DNA of 63,958 bases, filler included, from Craspedostauros australis (lineage: Eukaryota), in assembly GCA_030167865.1 (NCBI GenBank). It is 8 parts of 8 records of this genome, joined end to end, with 100 filler letters (N's around TTAATTAATTAA, not from the genome) between each part and the next. Parts side by side here need not be neighbours in the genome. Positions count along the whole stretch, not along the records: positions 44,441 to 48,993 come from JALAGF010003577.1; positions 49,094 to 53,616 come from JALAGF010003578.1; positions 53,717 to 57,025 come from JALAGF010003579.1; positions 57,126 to 60,434 come from JALAGF010003580.1; positions 60,535 to 62,642 come from JALAGF010003582.1; 3 more parts are not named here. The stretch is one strand, 5' to 3'. Below are positions 47,743-61,339 of this stretch, piece after piece. A model generated the notes under the pieces. The model ran no database searches. It saw only the letters and a program-made list of their open reading frames with translations, and was not told the DNA's origin. Position 1 is the first letter of the stretch. Each line of letters starts with the position of its first letter. A program made the position numbers and the translations under genes.

Positions 47743-47899
47743 CTTGGATGTTCGATGTTCGATGTTAATTGTTGATTATGGTATTGGATGGTGTGAATGT
47801 TTGTGAATGCGCCAAGTATTGCACTTTCGAATGGAGACGAGGAGACTGGAGACGGTGTCTGATGGTGAATGGTGTGAATGGCGATGAATGGTGCGAAAG

Positions 47900-47985
47900 T
47901 ATGTCTGTATTTGTGTCTGTATTTGTGTTTGTGTCTGCGCTTGTTGTGTTGTGTGTTGTGTGTTGTGTGTTGTGTATTGTGTGTG
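47900..47985 (-). repeat. CA-rich (CACAA)n low-complexity leader upstream of the ABC1K gene
   Basis: TTGTG/TGTGT iterations on the + strand; similar CA-rich tracts precede several genes in the window. Confidence 0.7.
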
Positions 47986-49205
47986 GACAAACAGAGTAGT
48001 TTGTGTGAGAGGTTATGCGTTTGTTGTGGATTGCGGTTGTCGCTGAATCGAATTTATGAGGAATTTATGAGCAGATGGACGTCAGACAAGTTGTTTCGCT
48101 CGTTTGTCCAATGGCCCTCTGTGAAACAACCAAAGTGTTTGACGGTTGTTGTCATGAACCGATCCCGATCACATCATAACTTTCTGTCTAATCTTGTCGT
48201 GACATTACTGTGTGCAACGAGAAGCAGGGCCAACAAGTTGGATGAAAGCTTCGCGTGGACAGAAGAGCATGAGCTCTTTTGTCCATCTTTGTCCGTGGCG
48301 TTGTGAATGAATGGCTGAGATGGACCGAACAAGTAGCCGCCACCGAAACATGCAGTCCGTGATGATTCGCTTGTTACAATGGGGATTCATTGAACGTGCC
48401 CACTTCGGCGAATTGGATGTTGTTCAGATTTATTGGCGCACTATGAGGCGTATATCCTGGAGCTTTTTGTGCCGTTTGTCACGATGTTTGTAGTGACGTT
48501 ATGTGAGAGGCGAGAATGGATGTTTTGTGCGTGAAGCGAAGAAGGAGACAAGTGCCCTCGCACCACCAACAAGACAAAGGCGACAGAGACGACGAGCAAC
48601 GACGAACAAGGGCACAAACGAGGTGAACACAACATCGCGCACTGACCATGGCGAAATCGTAACATGCGCAAAGAGGTCACGCTATGATCGTGAACAATCA
48701 TAGTACACGAATACGTTGGGCAGAGCACAGAAGAGTCCCCTGCTTCGTTGTGTTGTGGTAGCTCTTGCAACACATGGACGGACACGCAATGCCTCACAAG
48801 TGTAATACCATTCTCTAGTCGCAACCACGAGTAGTCACAAGGCAACGTTGCGCGACATGAACATTGCACACAGTGCTGTGTAACGTTTGATAACATCAAA
48901 CGAGATCGAGAGCGATTGGACCAGATCGAGAGCGATTGGATGAGATTGCTCACAACATCACACAAGTCAACAAAAGGAACCATCATCACGAACNNNNNNN
49001 NNNNNNNNNNNNNNNNNNNNNNNNNNNNNNNNNNNNNTTAATTAATTAANNNNNNNNNNNNNNNNNNNNNNNNNNNNNNNNNNNNNNNNNNNNTCAACTG
49101 CGAGTTCAACCTCACACCAGCTCCACTCGGCCACGCACGAGTATAGTACGAGGACGCTCACAACGGGCATCATCAGCAGCAATATCATCATCAGCATCAT
49201 CATCA

Positions 49206-52200
49206 ATGCCAACATCTAGCATGTGGAAACAGCGCGGATCGGATGCGTCTGTAGTTCTGCCATCGTTGACGCCGTTGGACAGACGGTCTTCGCACTTGAG
49301 GTCATCGACGCATTCAAGGTCGTCACCGCGCCAACGCTTGAGACGCAAGTCATCACTCGTCGGCGGCACCTCCACCAAAGACTTCGAGGATGACAACACA
49401 GTCACCACAGCCGAGAACATCAGCAGCACCGTTGACGAATCGAAACATGAAATATATAACGTCAACGATGATGATGATGATGACGACGACGACGACGATG
49501 GCCAGGGTAGCGGCAACTGCGACCACAACAACATCGAGAACGATTGCTTGGCAGAGACTAGTGGCGATGCAACTGCTCAGGGAAATGCTGGAGTCACACC
49601 GGCAGGTGCTTTCCACCACAACAAGATCCATTTCGGCACCTTCGTTGGACGTGAGGACGAGCTAGAACGATTGAACTCCATCTACGGCCGCATCTGCCGC
49701 AAACCATTGAAGACATCCAGCAGAAATGGCCACAACAAGGACATCCAGATCGTCCTGATTCATGGATACTCCGGATCTGGCAAGTCGGCGTTGGTGGACC
49801 GCTTCCTCGCACGGCTCAACACAGATGGATGCACCCCATCGAGTCCTGCTGTCAAAAACGAAGAGGAAGGTGCGGATACTGGCGAAGGAGGCATGGGTGC
49901 GGCAAAGAAGAAGCGACGAGCGGACTCTCATCCGTGCCACTACGGGAAGGGAAAGTACGATCAGTACAATACAGGGGGCAATCTCTCCGCCATTGCGGAT
50001 GCCCTGTCGCACTTCTTCCGCAACCTTGCGGCATCTGGCGATGATGCAGAGTGCCAACGAATCCGAATGAAGATGAGTCGGAGGATGGACAAGAGACGGC
50101 AGGACCTCGTCCGAAGAGTCATCCCGGGACTCTCGGCTGTGATGGGAGACGCTCCGGAGGATGGGACAGCGGACGGTACCCGACAGAGCTTGGGAAGCAT
50201 GAGTATCGGGAGCATGATCCGGAGCAACACGAACGCAAAGATGCAGGGCGACGAAGCATCGCTGGCTATTGGATCAATGTGTACAGCGAGCATCTTTGAG
50301 GCTGACGGGGTTGCAAACACGAACTCCAGAAGCAAGGAGTGGGCTCAGCTCGTTTACACATTCAAGGTGATCCTCAAGGCCATCTGCACGGATGGTCGTC
50401 CACTCGTGCTGTATCTGGATGGTGAGTGAACGGGGAGTGAGAGGAATGTATGCTGCACCAATTCCGCATCCGGTTGTTCGCGCCCAGTTCGCATCCGTGC
50501 CGTATCTGTTGAAGCGTATTGGTATCTGTGATCTTCTTGACCTGCATGTATAATACCTATCTGTCGACGAGTATGCCACAATGTACATCTCTGGACCATG
50601 CTCTGCTGTCTTATTCTCACCTTCTCCTGCCCCATACCCCATTACCCCATACATGTTTGTAAATGTACACACATATGCCCGCTCACCAACAGATCTTCAA
50701 TGGGTCGACGAGCGATCTCTCAAACTCATCACGGAGATCCTCCTCGATCCGTCCATCCGCAACCTTCTCATCATCGGGTCATATCGATCCAACGAGGTAC
50801 ACAGCGATCCTAAGCACCAGCTCACCACCGCCGTCGCACAATGGAAAAACAATGGAAAGACCATCCATGACATCCCGCTTGACGATCTCACTGTCACCCA
50901 AACTGCGGACCTTCTCGCATCCTCACTTCGATTAGATGCGATCAAAACGGCTCCTCTAGCGAGGTTGCTCCATGACAAGACGAAAGGCAATGTGCTGTAC
51001 ACGATGCAGGCACTGGAAGGGTTGCGCCGTCGCAAGGTCCTGACTCGCAACATCCATACATTGCAGTGGGAATGGGATGGGCAGCGGGCAGCTGATGAGA
51101 TCGACATGGCCGCCAACGTGGTTGATCTGATCACATCGAAGCTGCATTCGCTGCCACAGGATCTGCAGAAGTGCTTGCAAATGGCCTCGTTTCTTCGATC
51201 AACGTTCCGTCAGTCAGTGTTGGAGCTGTTGATCGAGTATGAAATGGAGGACCAGCATCGGCATCAGTATGTTGATAGTAATGCTGGCGCTGGCGCTGGT
51301 ACAGCAGCAACAGCATCTTTGACGAAGATGAGTGTTGATGATGTGCTGGATCTGGCAGTCAAGGAGGAGCTTCTGCAACGGGTCAGCTCGGATGATAATG
51401 GGACAAGCAAGGGACCGGTTCATGATGTTCATATCACATATTCAGGGAATGACCACAGCCCAAACGTTGGAAGCTCCAACGTTGGCCCAGATGTGAGCGC
51501 CTCTTCCGGCATCATGTACACAGACAGAAGCGATGTGACATTCCGCTTCGTCCATGATCGAGTGCAGCAGGCAGCCTTTTCGTTGATCCCTCCAGGCGAC
51601 GAACTAGATCGCATGAAGCACCGAATCGGCAAGTATCTAATCGAAATCGCGAGCGACCCCGAACTGGGCGAAGACTGGATGTGATTTGTCGCTGCGGATC
51701 ATCTGGAGAACGTGTCCTTACTCACAGCATCGGAAGCTATCATCCCACCAATTGATCTCATCAGGCTGAATCTGAAGGTTGGGCTGCTTGCCGTTGGCAT
51801 GGCTGCGTTCGTCCCGGCGGCGAAGTACCTGAATCGAGCCTTGATGAATCTAGAAATCAAGATCGCTGATCCATGGAGGACACAGTACGACCTGTGCATG
51901 GAGGTGTACCGCAGTCTATCCGAGGTGGAGCTGACGCTCGGCAATTACGAGAAGGGATCAATGCTGTGCCGCGCCGTCATCGACAACTCTGGCGACTCCA
52001 TCGAGAATGTCATCCAAGTGAATTCATCGTTGGTGATGGCACTGAGCCGGTTGGAGAGATCGGGGGAGGCCATGAAGTTGGATCTCCAGTCCTTGAAGAT
52101 GCTGGGGACGTTTCCGATGAGGAATCATCTCTTGCTGGCATTGAGAGACTTCAGCAAGGTGAAGAAGTACTTCGCAAAGCACACTGATGAGCATGTGCTG

Positions 52201-53616
52201 AACCTTCCCCAAATGACTGACCCCAAGATCAAGATGACAATGACGATCTTATTCTTCCTCATTGATGTAGCGTATCATGCTGGCTGCAAGGGAACCATGA
52301 TACTAGCTATGGTTCGGCAAATCAGATTGATGCTGAAGCACGGCCTGTGTGCTGAAGGAGCATACGCACTCACCGCAGCTGGTTCCATCGCGATCAGCGT
52401 TTTCAAGAATGTAGAACTATCAAAGCGGCTGTGTGGACTATCACGACAACTCATGGATCGACTACCATCCAAGCATATCATGAGCATCTACAGCATCACC
52501 GTGACACTCTTCATAACGTCTTGGAAGGAGCCTGTCCACGTTTGCTTGGATCAATATCGACAAGGTCAGCAGGCTGGAATGGAAACAGGCAACGTCGAAC
52601 TATCATATCGATGTTGGATTGGGAGCTTGATGCATGCTCAACTGTGCGGATTGCCTCTCGCCCAGTTGCAGAAGACCGGCAGAACATGCATCACACAGGT
52701 GGAGCACTACAACCTCCAGGCCACGCTCGATACGTTCTCGCCATGGCAAGATATGGCAGAGACGCTCATGGGAATACCGTCTACTGTAGCGGCCCATCCC
52801 GAGAAGAGCTGGAAAGAGTCATTCGACATCACACCATTGAAGGAGATCAAGCTTTCGAACTACATCAGCTGGGCCTACTACTACTGCAGCCGGATCGGGC
52901 TGGCAACCTATTTTGGTGACATCGAAGCTGGGAAGGGATACATTGCACCTCTTCTTTTTCTTGCCAAAACCAACAACGCATACCTTGTGGCAGCAATGTG
53001 ACTGTTCCACAGCGGACTGGTCTTGTCCAGGCTGGCCCAGCGAACCAAGAACAAGAGAAAACGAAGGAAGTACAGCCGTCAGGCACAGCAGTACGTTGGT
53101 GATATGAAATCCACCATCGAGCTGCGAGGCGGCAACAACCTGCATCGATACATGATCATGCAGGCTGACGCAATGGCAGCAACGGGCAAGGAATCGGAAG
53201 ATGTCATCAAGGCTGCCTATGACAAGGCCATATCGACCACAGCCCGCTCCGGCTTCATCCATGAGACGGCGCTGGCAAACGAGCTTGCCGCCGAATACTT
53301 CCTCCTGAAGATCTCGGCGCCAAGTGGCACAGTTAACTCGAGAGACGGAAAGGGCAGCAACAGCAGCAGCAGCAGCAGCAGCAAACCCACGTTCCCAACA
53401 AGCGACAAACTGTCCGTCGGGCAGAGCAGCAGCTCCGTTTGCGAGAATGGGACCGCCTTTGATGACGGCACCGACTTCTACTGGCCACGACAATATCTGG
53501 GAAATGCCATCTCGTTGTACAACGAGTGGGGAGCAAAGGCAAAAGTGGAGCAGCTGCTGGAGAAGCATCCTGGCCTTGTTGACCGAAGCATGCTGGAAGG
53601 CGGCGTCGACGGTGAT
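49206..53616 (+). pseudogene. STAND/AAA_16-type ATPase (COG3899-like) with helical C-terminus; intron 50422-50692; two in-frame TGA codons (51682, 52999); 3' end cut by the contig end
   Basis: FVGREDEL, Walker A GYSGSGKS, GKYDQ, Walker B LYLD|DLQW across the splice, IGSYRSNEV, TKGNVLY, FRFVHDRVQQAA, HETALANELA, YNEWGAKAKV. ORFs 50581, 51712 and 53023 share one frame. Confidence 0.8.
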
Positions 53617-53716
53617 NNNNNNNNNNNNNNNNNNNNNNNNNNNNNNNNNNNNNNNNNNNNTTAATTAATTAANNNNNNNNNNNNNNNNNNNNNNNNNNNN
53701 NNNNNNNNNNNNNNNN

Positions 53717-56625
53717 TGGAGGGCTGTCCCCAATACATTTTGACACAGGTGCGCAAGGGCCACGACGCTCCACAACTGTACAAGGATGTTGAGAACTACG
53801 ACCATAAGAAGGACGAGGATACCTCGGTGGCAAAGTGGCTCTTGGCCTTCCTTCGTGTCAATAAAGCAATCCCCGAGCAAATCGTCTCCGTTGCGCGGAA
53901 CCCCAACGGCGATAGCAAACTCATCGATCCCGCTGAGCCGCGCCAATCAATTCTCAAGATGTTGTCGAAGATCCGCGGTAATCAAATCGATGACTTTCGC
54001 GGTCTGAAATACACCTCGGAAAGCAACACCCCAGATGGTACTGGCTACGCACACTACATCGGCAAGCCCAGCTTTCGACATGGAGGACTCAACCAAGAGA
54101 GTCCTCCAACCGTCTTCGTCCAAAAACACGCTGTACCAGCCACCACAACGGACAATCGGGTTCATGTGTACTACCAGGAAAGCGGTAGCGGGAAAACCGT
54201 GGAGCTCGCGGCGAGCGCATACACCAGAAACGCTCTTTTCACCATCGTGANAACCTTCGANTGGGATGTGACGCTGATCACTGATGACCACGTAGGCCTC
54301 AAGGGCAACTCCAACGCCGAGGATCGGGATACTATCAGGAAACGGCACCGACGCAGATCTTCTTTGTGGTCCCTCACCTATGCCATCATAGAGAATTGGG
54401 AGGATCGACCCGAATACAAAAGGCTCATCAAATTCATACAGGATCTGGACGCCAGCCGCAAGGGTAATGGTAGATATGACATGGAGACCCTCCACGTTGT
54501 CGTTGCGATCGACGAAGCAGGTAACCGCCCAAACCTCGCTAAGGCCGTCATCCAGGACTACGCCGATTTTGGGCGAATGTTGGGGGCTTTCATCATGCAT
54601 GGATGCCCCAGAAATGGAGTTTCTCGCCAAGACAACTCGGTTGGCACTGCCACAACCCCAGCATTGCTCAAGGTGGAGGCTTTGAAAAATCCTTTGGAAA
54701 CTCTCACCGTCAACGTCCTCTTCTCGATCGCGGGCACCGGTGCTTCGCACGCAATCGTAGGATCTCCACCTGAAAACTTCATCCACTTGACACCCACCGC
54801 GAAGGTCGAACCTGAGGAAGTCTACGACATTCTTCGCCAAGGATACACAAAACGCAGAGACGCCAGCATCATACCACAGTATGGTGAGCTTCAGCAGTTC
54901 CCTCTGCTCAAGGCAGTGGTAGATTCCAACGCGCGGATGATCTCGATCTACATGGACTGCGCCAACGGGATTCAAGACAACAACAAGAATACCAACAAGA
55001 AGGGCAATGCTCATGCACAAGAGCAGAGTGACCTTCTTTCCCATACCTTCGTCAGATTCATGGCAAGCAACGGCATGTTTTGGTTGTCAAGCGAGTCGCC
55101 CTTCGCACGGCTCACAGCACATCGAGCGATCGCAGTTCTCCTTTTCCAACAGAATACACCCTTCCTACAAGGTCTCAAAGATATTCACGTGGACAACATG
55201 GATTACGGGATCACCCTCGAACGTGTCATGGAGGATGACAATGAGAGAACCATCATGGGGATGTTGGTCTCCCGTTTTGGCTTGTTGACTGCAAAGCCAT
55301 TCCAAAGCCAATCCGAAAACAAGCCGGATGCAAGTCCATTCGACCTCAGCGATGCCATGCAGCTTCTTTGCCTTTGGCTCATCCAAGGTGGCGCAGGAGT
55401 TCCGAAGGACAAATCGTTCCTGGGGACAACCTCGACCAGCTTTGCAACTCTCACCGGGTTGCTGGTCGGTGCTGCCGTCGGCGCGTCCGCCGTTGTGAAG
55501 AAGGACAAGAACGGGCGGGTCCTTGCTGCTCCTGCCGAGAACTACGATCATGGCACAACTGTCCAACAGGAGGCAGACATCATGGCTGCTCTGGGCAAGG
55601 TTGGAATGGCCGTCACCGAGACTATCGAGGAAGATGACGTGGCTGGTGCAGCTGCTGCGGCTGGCGCGGCTGCTGCGCCAACTTCCTCCTCCTACACATG
55701 CGAAACGACTGCAGGCCCGAAACCTGTGATGAAAATGATCGGCGATCAATTTTGGTCTCTCAAGGGTGCCCACGCCGTCTTTCTCTTGGAAGGGCCGCAC
55801 ATTCCAGGAGTTTACTTCCACAAGTCCATGATGACTTCCGTCACGACAGACGCAGACAAGGAACGCCTCAAGGCTGCTGCAGAAACGGGGAGCGGTGCAT
55901 TTCGCAACATGAACAAAGTTCAGTTTGATGAAGGTGGAAACTTAAAAGTAACTTGGCTGTATAGAGTTGGTTCAGACGCGATCCAACAGACACTGGAGTC
56001 CAACCATTCAATATTGGCCGATGAGGACCTACTCCGCATCCACAGCAAGCTCCGAAGGCTCGAAAAGCGACTCTCTGGTCCCGCCCGCACATCTCAACAC
56101 ACAACCAGAGGCGTCGTGAAAGATGCTTTCCGCCTGCCATTCATCAGCATCGCAGAAGGCAAGAGCGACCTCGCAGACGTGTATGTCACTTTCCTTGTGG
56201 AGTCGCTGACAACCGAGTCACACAAGAAACGCCACAGCTTGCGAACGATCTGTATCAAAGCCAAAGATTACGCAAATGGCACAAGTCCAGACATGGGAGA
56301 GTACCTGAATAATGCCGTCGCAACGACGAGCCCGGGACTGGACCCTCTCTTTGGCGAAGACCGGATCTTCACTGTTGCAGGTGCGCAAGAGACAGTTGCT
56401 TGGGACTACCAACTCGGAGAATTCCCATACGTTCCTTTCGTGGTGGACAAGTCCACCATCCTGAAGAACCAGATGGTGGCATTGAGTCAGGGTCATCACC
56501 AAGTTGCAAAACAAGGTGAGCACGCCGCACTCCTGGATGGACCAGTAAAAGATGAGGCATCGTACCCGTACGATTCGCTCAAGCAAGAACCTGGGCACCT
56601 CAAACAAGGGAAGAATGAAAGATAA
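53717..56625 (+). CDS. P-loop NTPase + putative PD-(D/E)xK-fold protein (Crinkler/RHS CR-type architecture), 5'-truncated, variant A
   Basis: The frame is open from the contig start. Walker A QESGSGKT, Walker B VVVAIDEAG, sensor-like FSIAGTG, NARM; C-terminal LADVYV...ICIKAKDY. Confidence 0.62.
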
Positions 56626-57125
56626 GCACGTGAGCAACATGCTTCAAGCAAACCCAAACCCCGCAAAAGAACACGGCCAAAAAGTTGGACCCAACGGCGG
56701 CTACGAATCACAACAACGACGGGGGAACTGCGGGCATTGTGCCGTGAAGCAACAACCAGGCAGCCAGACCAAGACGGCAAATGCCACATGCCTCACGAAG
56801 GCGTCGTTCATTGCCGACGCCAACCAAAGAAGCACACCGAAAAGGGGTTCGGTGTTTCCAATCTATGCATCCATCCAGGCATGCATCCTTCAGAACATCT
56901 GGTGGTTCTGATGAGTTGCGCAACGATACTTATGCCAGTACCAATGCATGGCCCTCCGAAATGAAAGGCTGCATTGCAGTCTTACCAATATTACACGTAA
57001 AGAAAATCACTAGCACCAAATGCACNNNNNNNNNNNNNNNNNNNNNNNNNNNNNNNNNNNNNNNNNNNNTTAATTAATTAANNNNNNNNNNNNNNNNNNN
57101 NNNNNNNNNNNNNNNNNNNNNNNNN

Positions 57126-60034
57126 TGGAGGGCTGTCCCCAATACATTTTGACACAGGTGCGCAAGGGCCACGACGCTCCACAACTGTACAAGGATGTTG
57201 AGAACTACGACCATAAGAAGGACGAGGATACCTCGGTGGCAAAGTGGCTCTTGGCCTTCCTTCGTGTCAATAAAGCAATCCCCGAGCAAATCGTCTCCGT
57301 TGCGCGGAACCCCAACGGCGATAGCAAACTCATCGATCCCGCTGAGCCGCGCCAATCAATTCTCAAGATGTTGTCGAAGATCCGCGGTAATCAAATCGAT
57401 GACTTTCGCGGTCTGAAATACACCTCGGAAAGCAACACCCCAGATGGTACTGGCTACGCACACTACATCGGCAAGCCCAGCTTTCGACATGGAGGACTCA
57501 ACCAAGAGAGTCCTCCAACCGTCTTCGTCCAAAAACACGCTGTACCAGCCACCACAACGGACAATCGGGTTCATGTGTACTACCAGGAAAGCGGTAGCGG
57601 GAAAACCGTGGAGCTCGCGGCGAGCGCATACACCAGAAACGCTCTTTTCACCATCGTGAGAACCTTCGACTGGGATGTGACGCTGATCACTGATGACCAC
57701 GTAGGCCTCAAGGGCAACTCCAACGCCGAGGATCGGGATACTATCAGGAAACGGTTCCGACGCACATATTCTTTGTGGTCCCTCGCCTTTGCCATCATAG
57801 GGAATTGGGAGGATCGACCCGAATACAAAAGGCTCACCAAATTCATACAGGATCTGGACGCCAGCCGCAAGGGTAATGGTAGATATGACATGGAGACCCT
57901 CCACGTTGTCCTTGCGATCGACGAAGCAGGTAACCGCCCAAACCTCGCTAAGGCCGTCATCCAGGACTACGCTGATTTTGGGCGAATGTTGGGAACATTC
58001 ATCATGCATGGATGCCCCGATAGTGGACTTTCTTGCCAAGACAACTCGGTTGGCACTGCCACAACCCCAGCATTGCTCAAGGTGGAGGCTTTGAAAAATC
58101 CTTTGGAAACGCTCACCGTCAACGTCCTCTTCTCGATCGCGGGCACCGGTGCTTCGCACGCAATCGTAGGATCTTCACCTGAAAACTTCATCCACTTGAC
58201 ACCCACCGCGAAGGTCGAACCTGAGGAAGTCTACGACATTCTTCGCCAAGGATACACAAAACGCAGAGACGCCAGCATCATACCACAGTATGGCGAGCTT
58301 CAGCAGTTCCCTCTGCTCAAGGCAGTAGTAGATTCCAACGCGCGGATGACCTCGATCTACATGGATTGCGCCAACCGGATTCAAGACAACAACAAGAATA
58401 CCAACAAGAAGGGCAATGCTCATGCACAAGAGCAGAGTGACCTTCTTTCCCGTACCTTCGTCAGATTCATGGAAAGCAACGGCATGTTTTGGTTGTCAAG
58501 GGAGTCGCCCTTCGCACGGCTCACAGCACATCGAGCGATCGCAGTTCTCCTTTTCCAACAGAATACACCCTTCCTACAAGGCCTCAAAGATATTCACGTG
58601 GACAACATGGATTACGGGATCACCCTCGAACGTGTCATGGAGGATAACAATGAGAGAACCATCATGGGGATGTTGGTCTCCCGTTTTGGCTTGTTGACTG
58701 CAAAGCCATTCCAAAGCCAATCCGAAAACAAGCCGGATGCAAGTCCATTCGACCTCAGTGATGCCATGCAGCTCCTTTGCCTTTGGCTCATCCAAGGCGG
58801 CGAAGAAGTTCCGAAGGACAAATCGTTCCTGGGGACAACCTCGACCAGCTTTGCGACTCTCACCGGGTTGCTGGTCGGTGCTGCCGTCGGCGCGTCCGCG
58901 GTTGTGAAGAAGGACAAGAACGGGCGGGTCCTTGCTGCTCCTGCCGAGAACTACGATCATGGCACAACTGTCCAACAGGAGGCAGACATCATGGCTGCTC
59001 TGGGCAAGGTTGGAATGGCCGTCACCGAGACTATCGAGGAAGATGACGTGGCTGGTGCAGCTGCTGCGGCTGGCGCGGCTGCTGCGCCAACTTCCTCCTC
59101 CTACACATGCGAAACGACTGCAGGCCCGAAACCTGTGATGAAAATGATCGGCGATCAATTTTGGTCTCTCAAGGGTGCCCACGCCGTCTTTCTCTTGGAA
59201 GGGCCGCACATTCCAGGAGTTTACTTCCACAAGTCCATGATGACTTCCGTCACGACAGACGCAGACAAGGAACGCCTCAAGGCTGCTGCAGAAACGGGGA
59301 GCGGTGCATTTCGCAACATGAACAAAGTTCAGTTTGATGAAGGTGGAAACTTAAAAGTAACTTGGCTGTATAGAGTTGGTTCAGACGCGATCCAACAGAC
59401 ACTGGAGTCCAACCATTCAATATTGGCCGATGAGGACCTACTCCGCATCCACAGCAAGCTCCGAAGGCTCGAAAAGCGACTCTCTGGTCCCGCCCGCACA
59501 TCTCAACACACAACCAGAGGCGTCGTGAAAGATGCTTTCCGCCTGCCATTCATCAGCATCGCAGAAGGCAAGAGCGACCTCGCAGACGTGTATGTCACTT
59601 TCCTTGTGGAGTCGCTGACAACCGAGTCACACAAGAAACGCCACAGCTTGCGAACGATCTGTATCAAAGCCAAAGATTACGCAAATGGCACAAGTCCAGA
59701 CATGGGAGAGTACCTGAATAATGCCGTCGCAACGACGAGCCCGGGACTGGACCCTCTCTTTGGCGAAGACCGGATCTTCACTGTTGCAGGTGCGCAAGAG
59801 ACAGTTGCTTGGGACTACCAACTCGGAGAATTCCCATACGTTCCTTTCGTGGTGGACAAGTCCACCATCCTGAAGAACCAGATGGTGGCATTGAGTCAGG
59901 GTCATCACCAAGTTGCAAAACAAGGTGAGCACGCCGCACTCCTGGATGGACCAGTAAAAGATGAGGCATCGTACCCGTACGATTCGCTCAAGCAAGAACC
60001 TGGGCACCTCAAACAAGGGAAGAATGAAAGATAA
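57126..60034 (+). CDS. Same NTPase/REase-like protein, variant B
   Basis: Same length and contig ends as variant A (offset 3409); differences only in the central region. Confidence 0.62.
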
Positions 60035-61339
60035 GCACGTGAGCAACATGCTTCAAGCAAACCCAAACCCCGCAAAAGAACACGGCCAAAAAGTTGGACC
60101 CAACGGCGGCTACGAATCACAACAACGACGGGGGAACTGCGGGCATTGTGCCGTGAAGCAACAACCAGGCAGCCAGACCAAGACGGCAAATGCCACATGC
60201 CTCACGAAGGCGTCGTTCATTGCCGACGCCAACCAAAGAAGCACACCGAAAAGGGGTTCGGTGTTTCCAATCTATGCATCCATCCAGGCATGCATCCTTC
60301 AGAACATCTGGTGGTTCTGATGAGTTGCGCAACGATACTTATGCCAGTACCAATGCATGGCCCTCCGAAATGAAAGGCTGCATTGCAGTCTTACCAATAT
60401 TACACGTAAAGAAAATCACTAGCACCAAATGCACNNNNNNNNNNNNNNNNNNNNNNNNNNNNNNNNNNNNNNNNNNNNTTAATTAATTAANNNNNNNNNN
60501 NNNNNNNNNNNNNNNNNNNNNNNNNNNNNNNNNNTTATACATCGTACGACAGCTGCTGCAACGGCATCAACAACAGGGCGAACGCCAACAGCGACGCCAA
60601 TCGTACGGCCAACTACCACGCGAAGTGCAGGGGCAAACGGAGAAGGAAACGACTGCAATTGCCATCACGCCGATGAACATGGCATGACCGTGACGGTGAT
60701 TCTTGTTAGTGGATTCCCTGCATGCGTTGCATCTCACACAGCAGCCATCGTTTTCACATCAAACGACGCTCATTCAGTAGCGACCGATGTCAACATCAGC
60801 GCCGACACGTTTTTGACAACATCTTGACATGTCAGAAGACGCAACTGGACAGCAACCCGCCGACGCCAAGTAGCAGTCGGAATGGAGCGTCAAGCTACGA
60901 CATCGGCGCGATCTGCGGTTGGAGCGATGACGCTCGTTGATCGCAGGAGGTTCCATCCATTTGGTACTTGTAACCACCATCCGATCAGAGACCATGCCAG
61001 ACTATCACATCAACCCATCCCAAACTACACCCCAAGCCCGGATAACAGTATAGACGCCGTGACGCTACATTCAAATAGATGCCATGCCAGGCCGTATCTA
61101 TACCACTCTATTGCGGCATCGCTGATCGCTACATCACTTTTAAAATTGCATCTGGCACTTCCTCTCTCTCTCTCTCTCTAGAGAGAGAGAAAGAGAGCAA
61201 AGAGGGACGTCGGGATCTCAAAAGACCTTTCTCGGTCACGTCTTTCCACTCAACATCACATCAATTCTGCAGATTCAAACAGACTCATCCGCCAGTACTG
61301 CCCATGGCCATGCTCGACCTCGAACCAGAGGCGCCTGCG

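Noticed and set aside
44441..47881. Apparent giant inverted repeat with 31774-35214, or a third genomic copy
   Set aside because: It sits on a separate contig of arbitrary orientation that ends exactly at the graph fork, so it is probably the same repeat node emitted with an upstream flank.
51682..53001. Selenocysteine, an alternative genetic code, or mini-introns removing the TGA codons
   Set aside because: There is no redox-type context, TGA terminates other genes here (17025, 18972, 21016), and the sequence after each TGA reads as continuous family-like protein.
53717..60434. Apparent tandem duplication of 3.3 kb
   Set aside because: The two copies are separate contigs; a tandem arrangement is not shown.
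61162..61197. (CT)n(AG)n fold-back
   Set aside because: A junction of simple repeats with no evidence of function.
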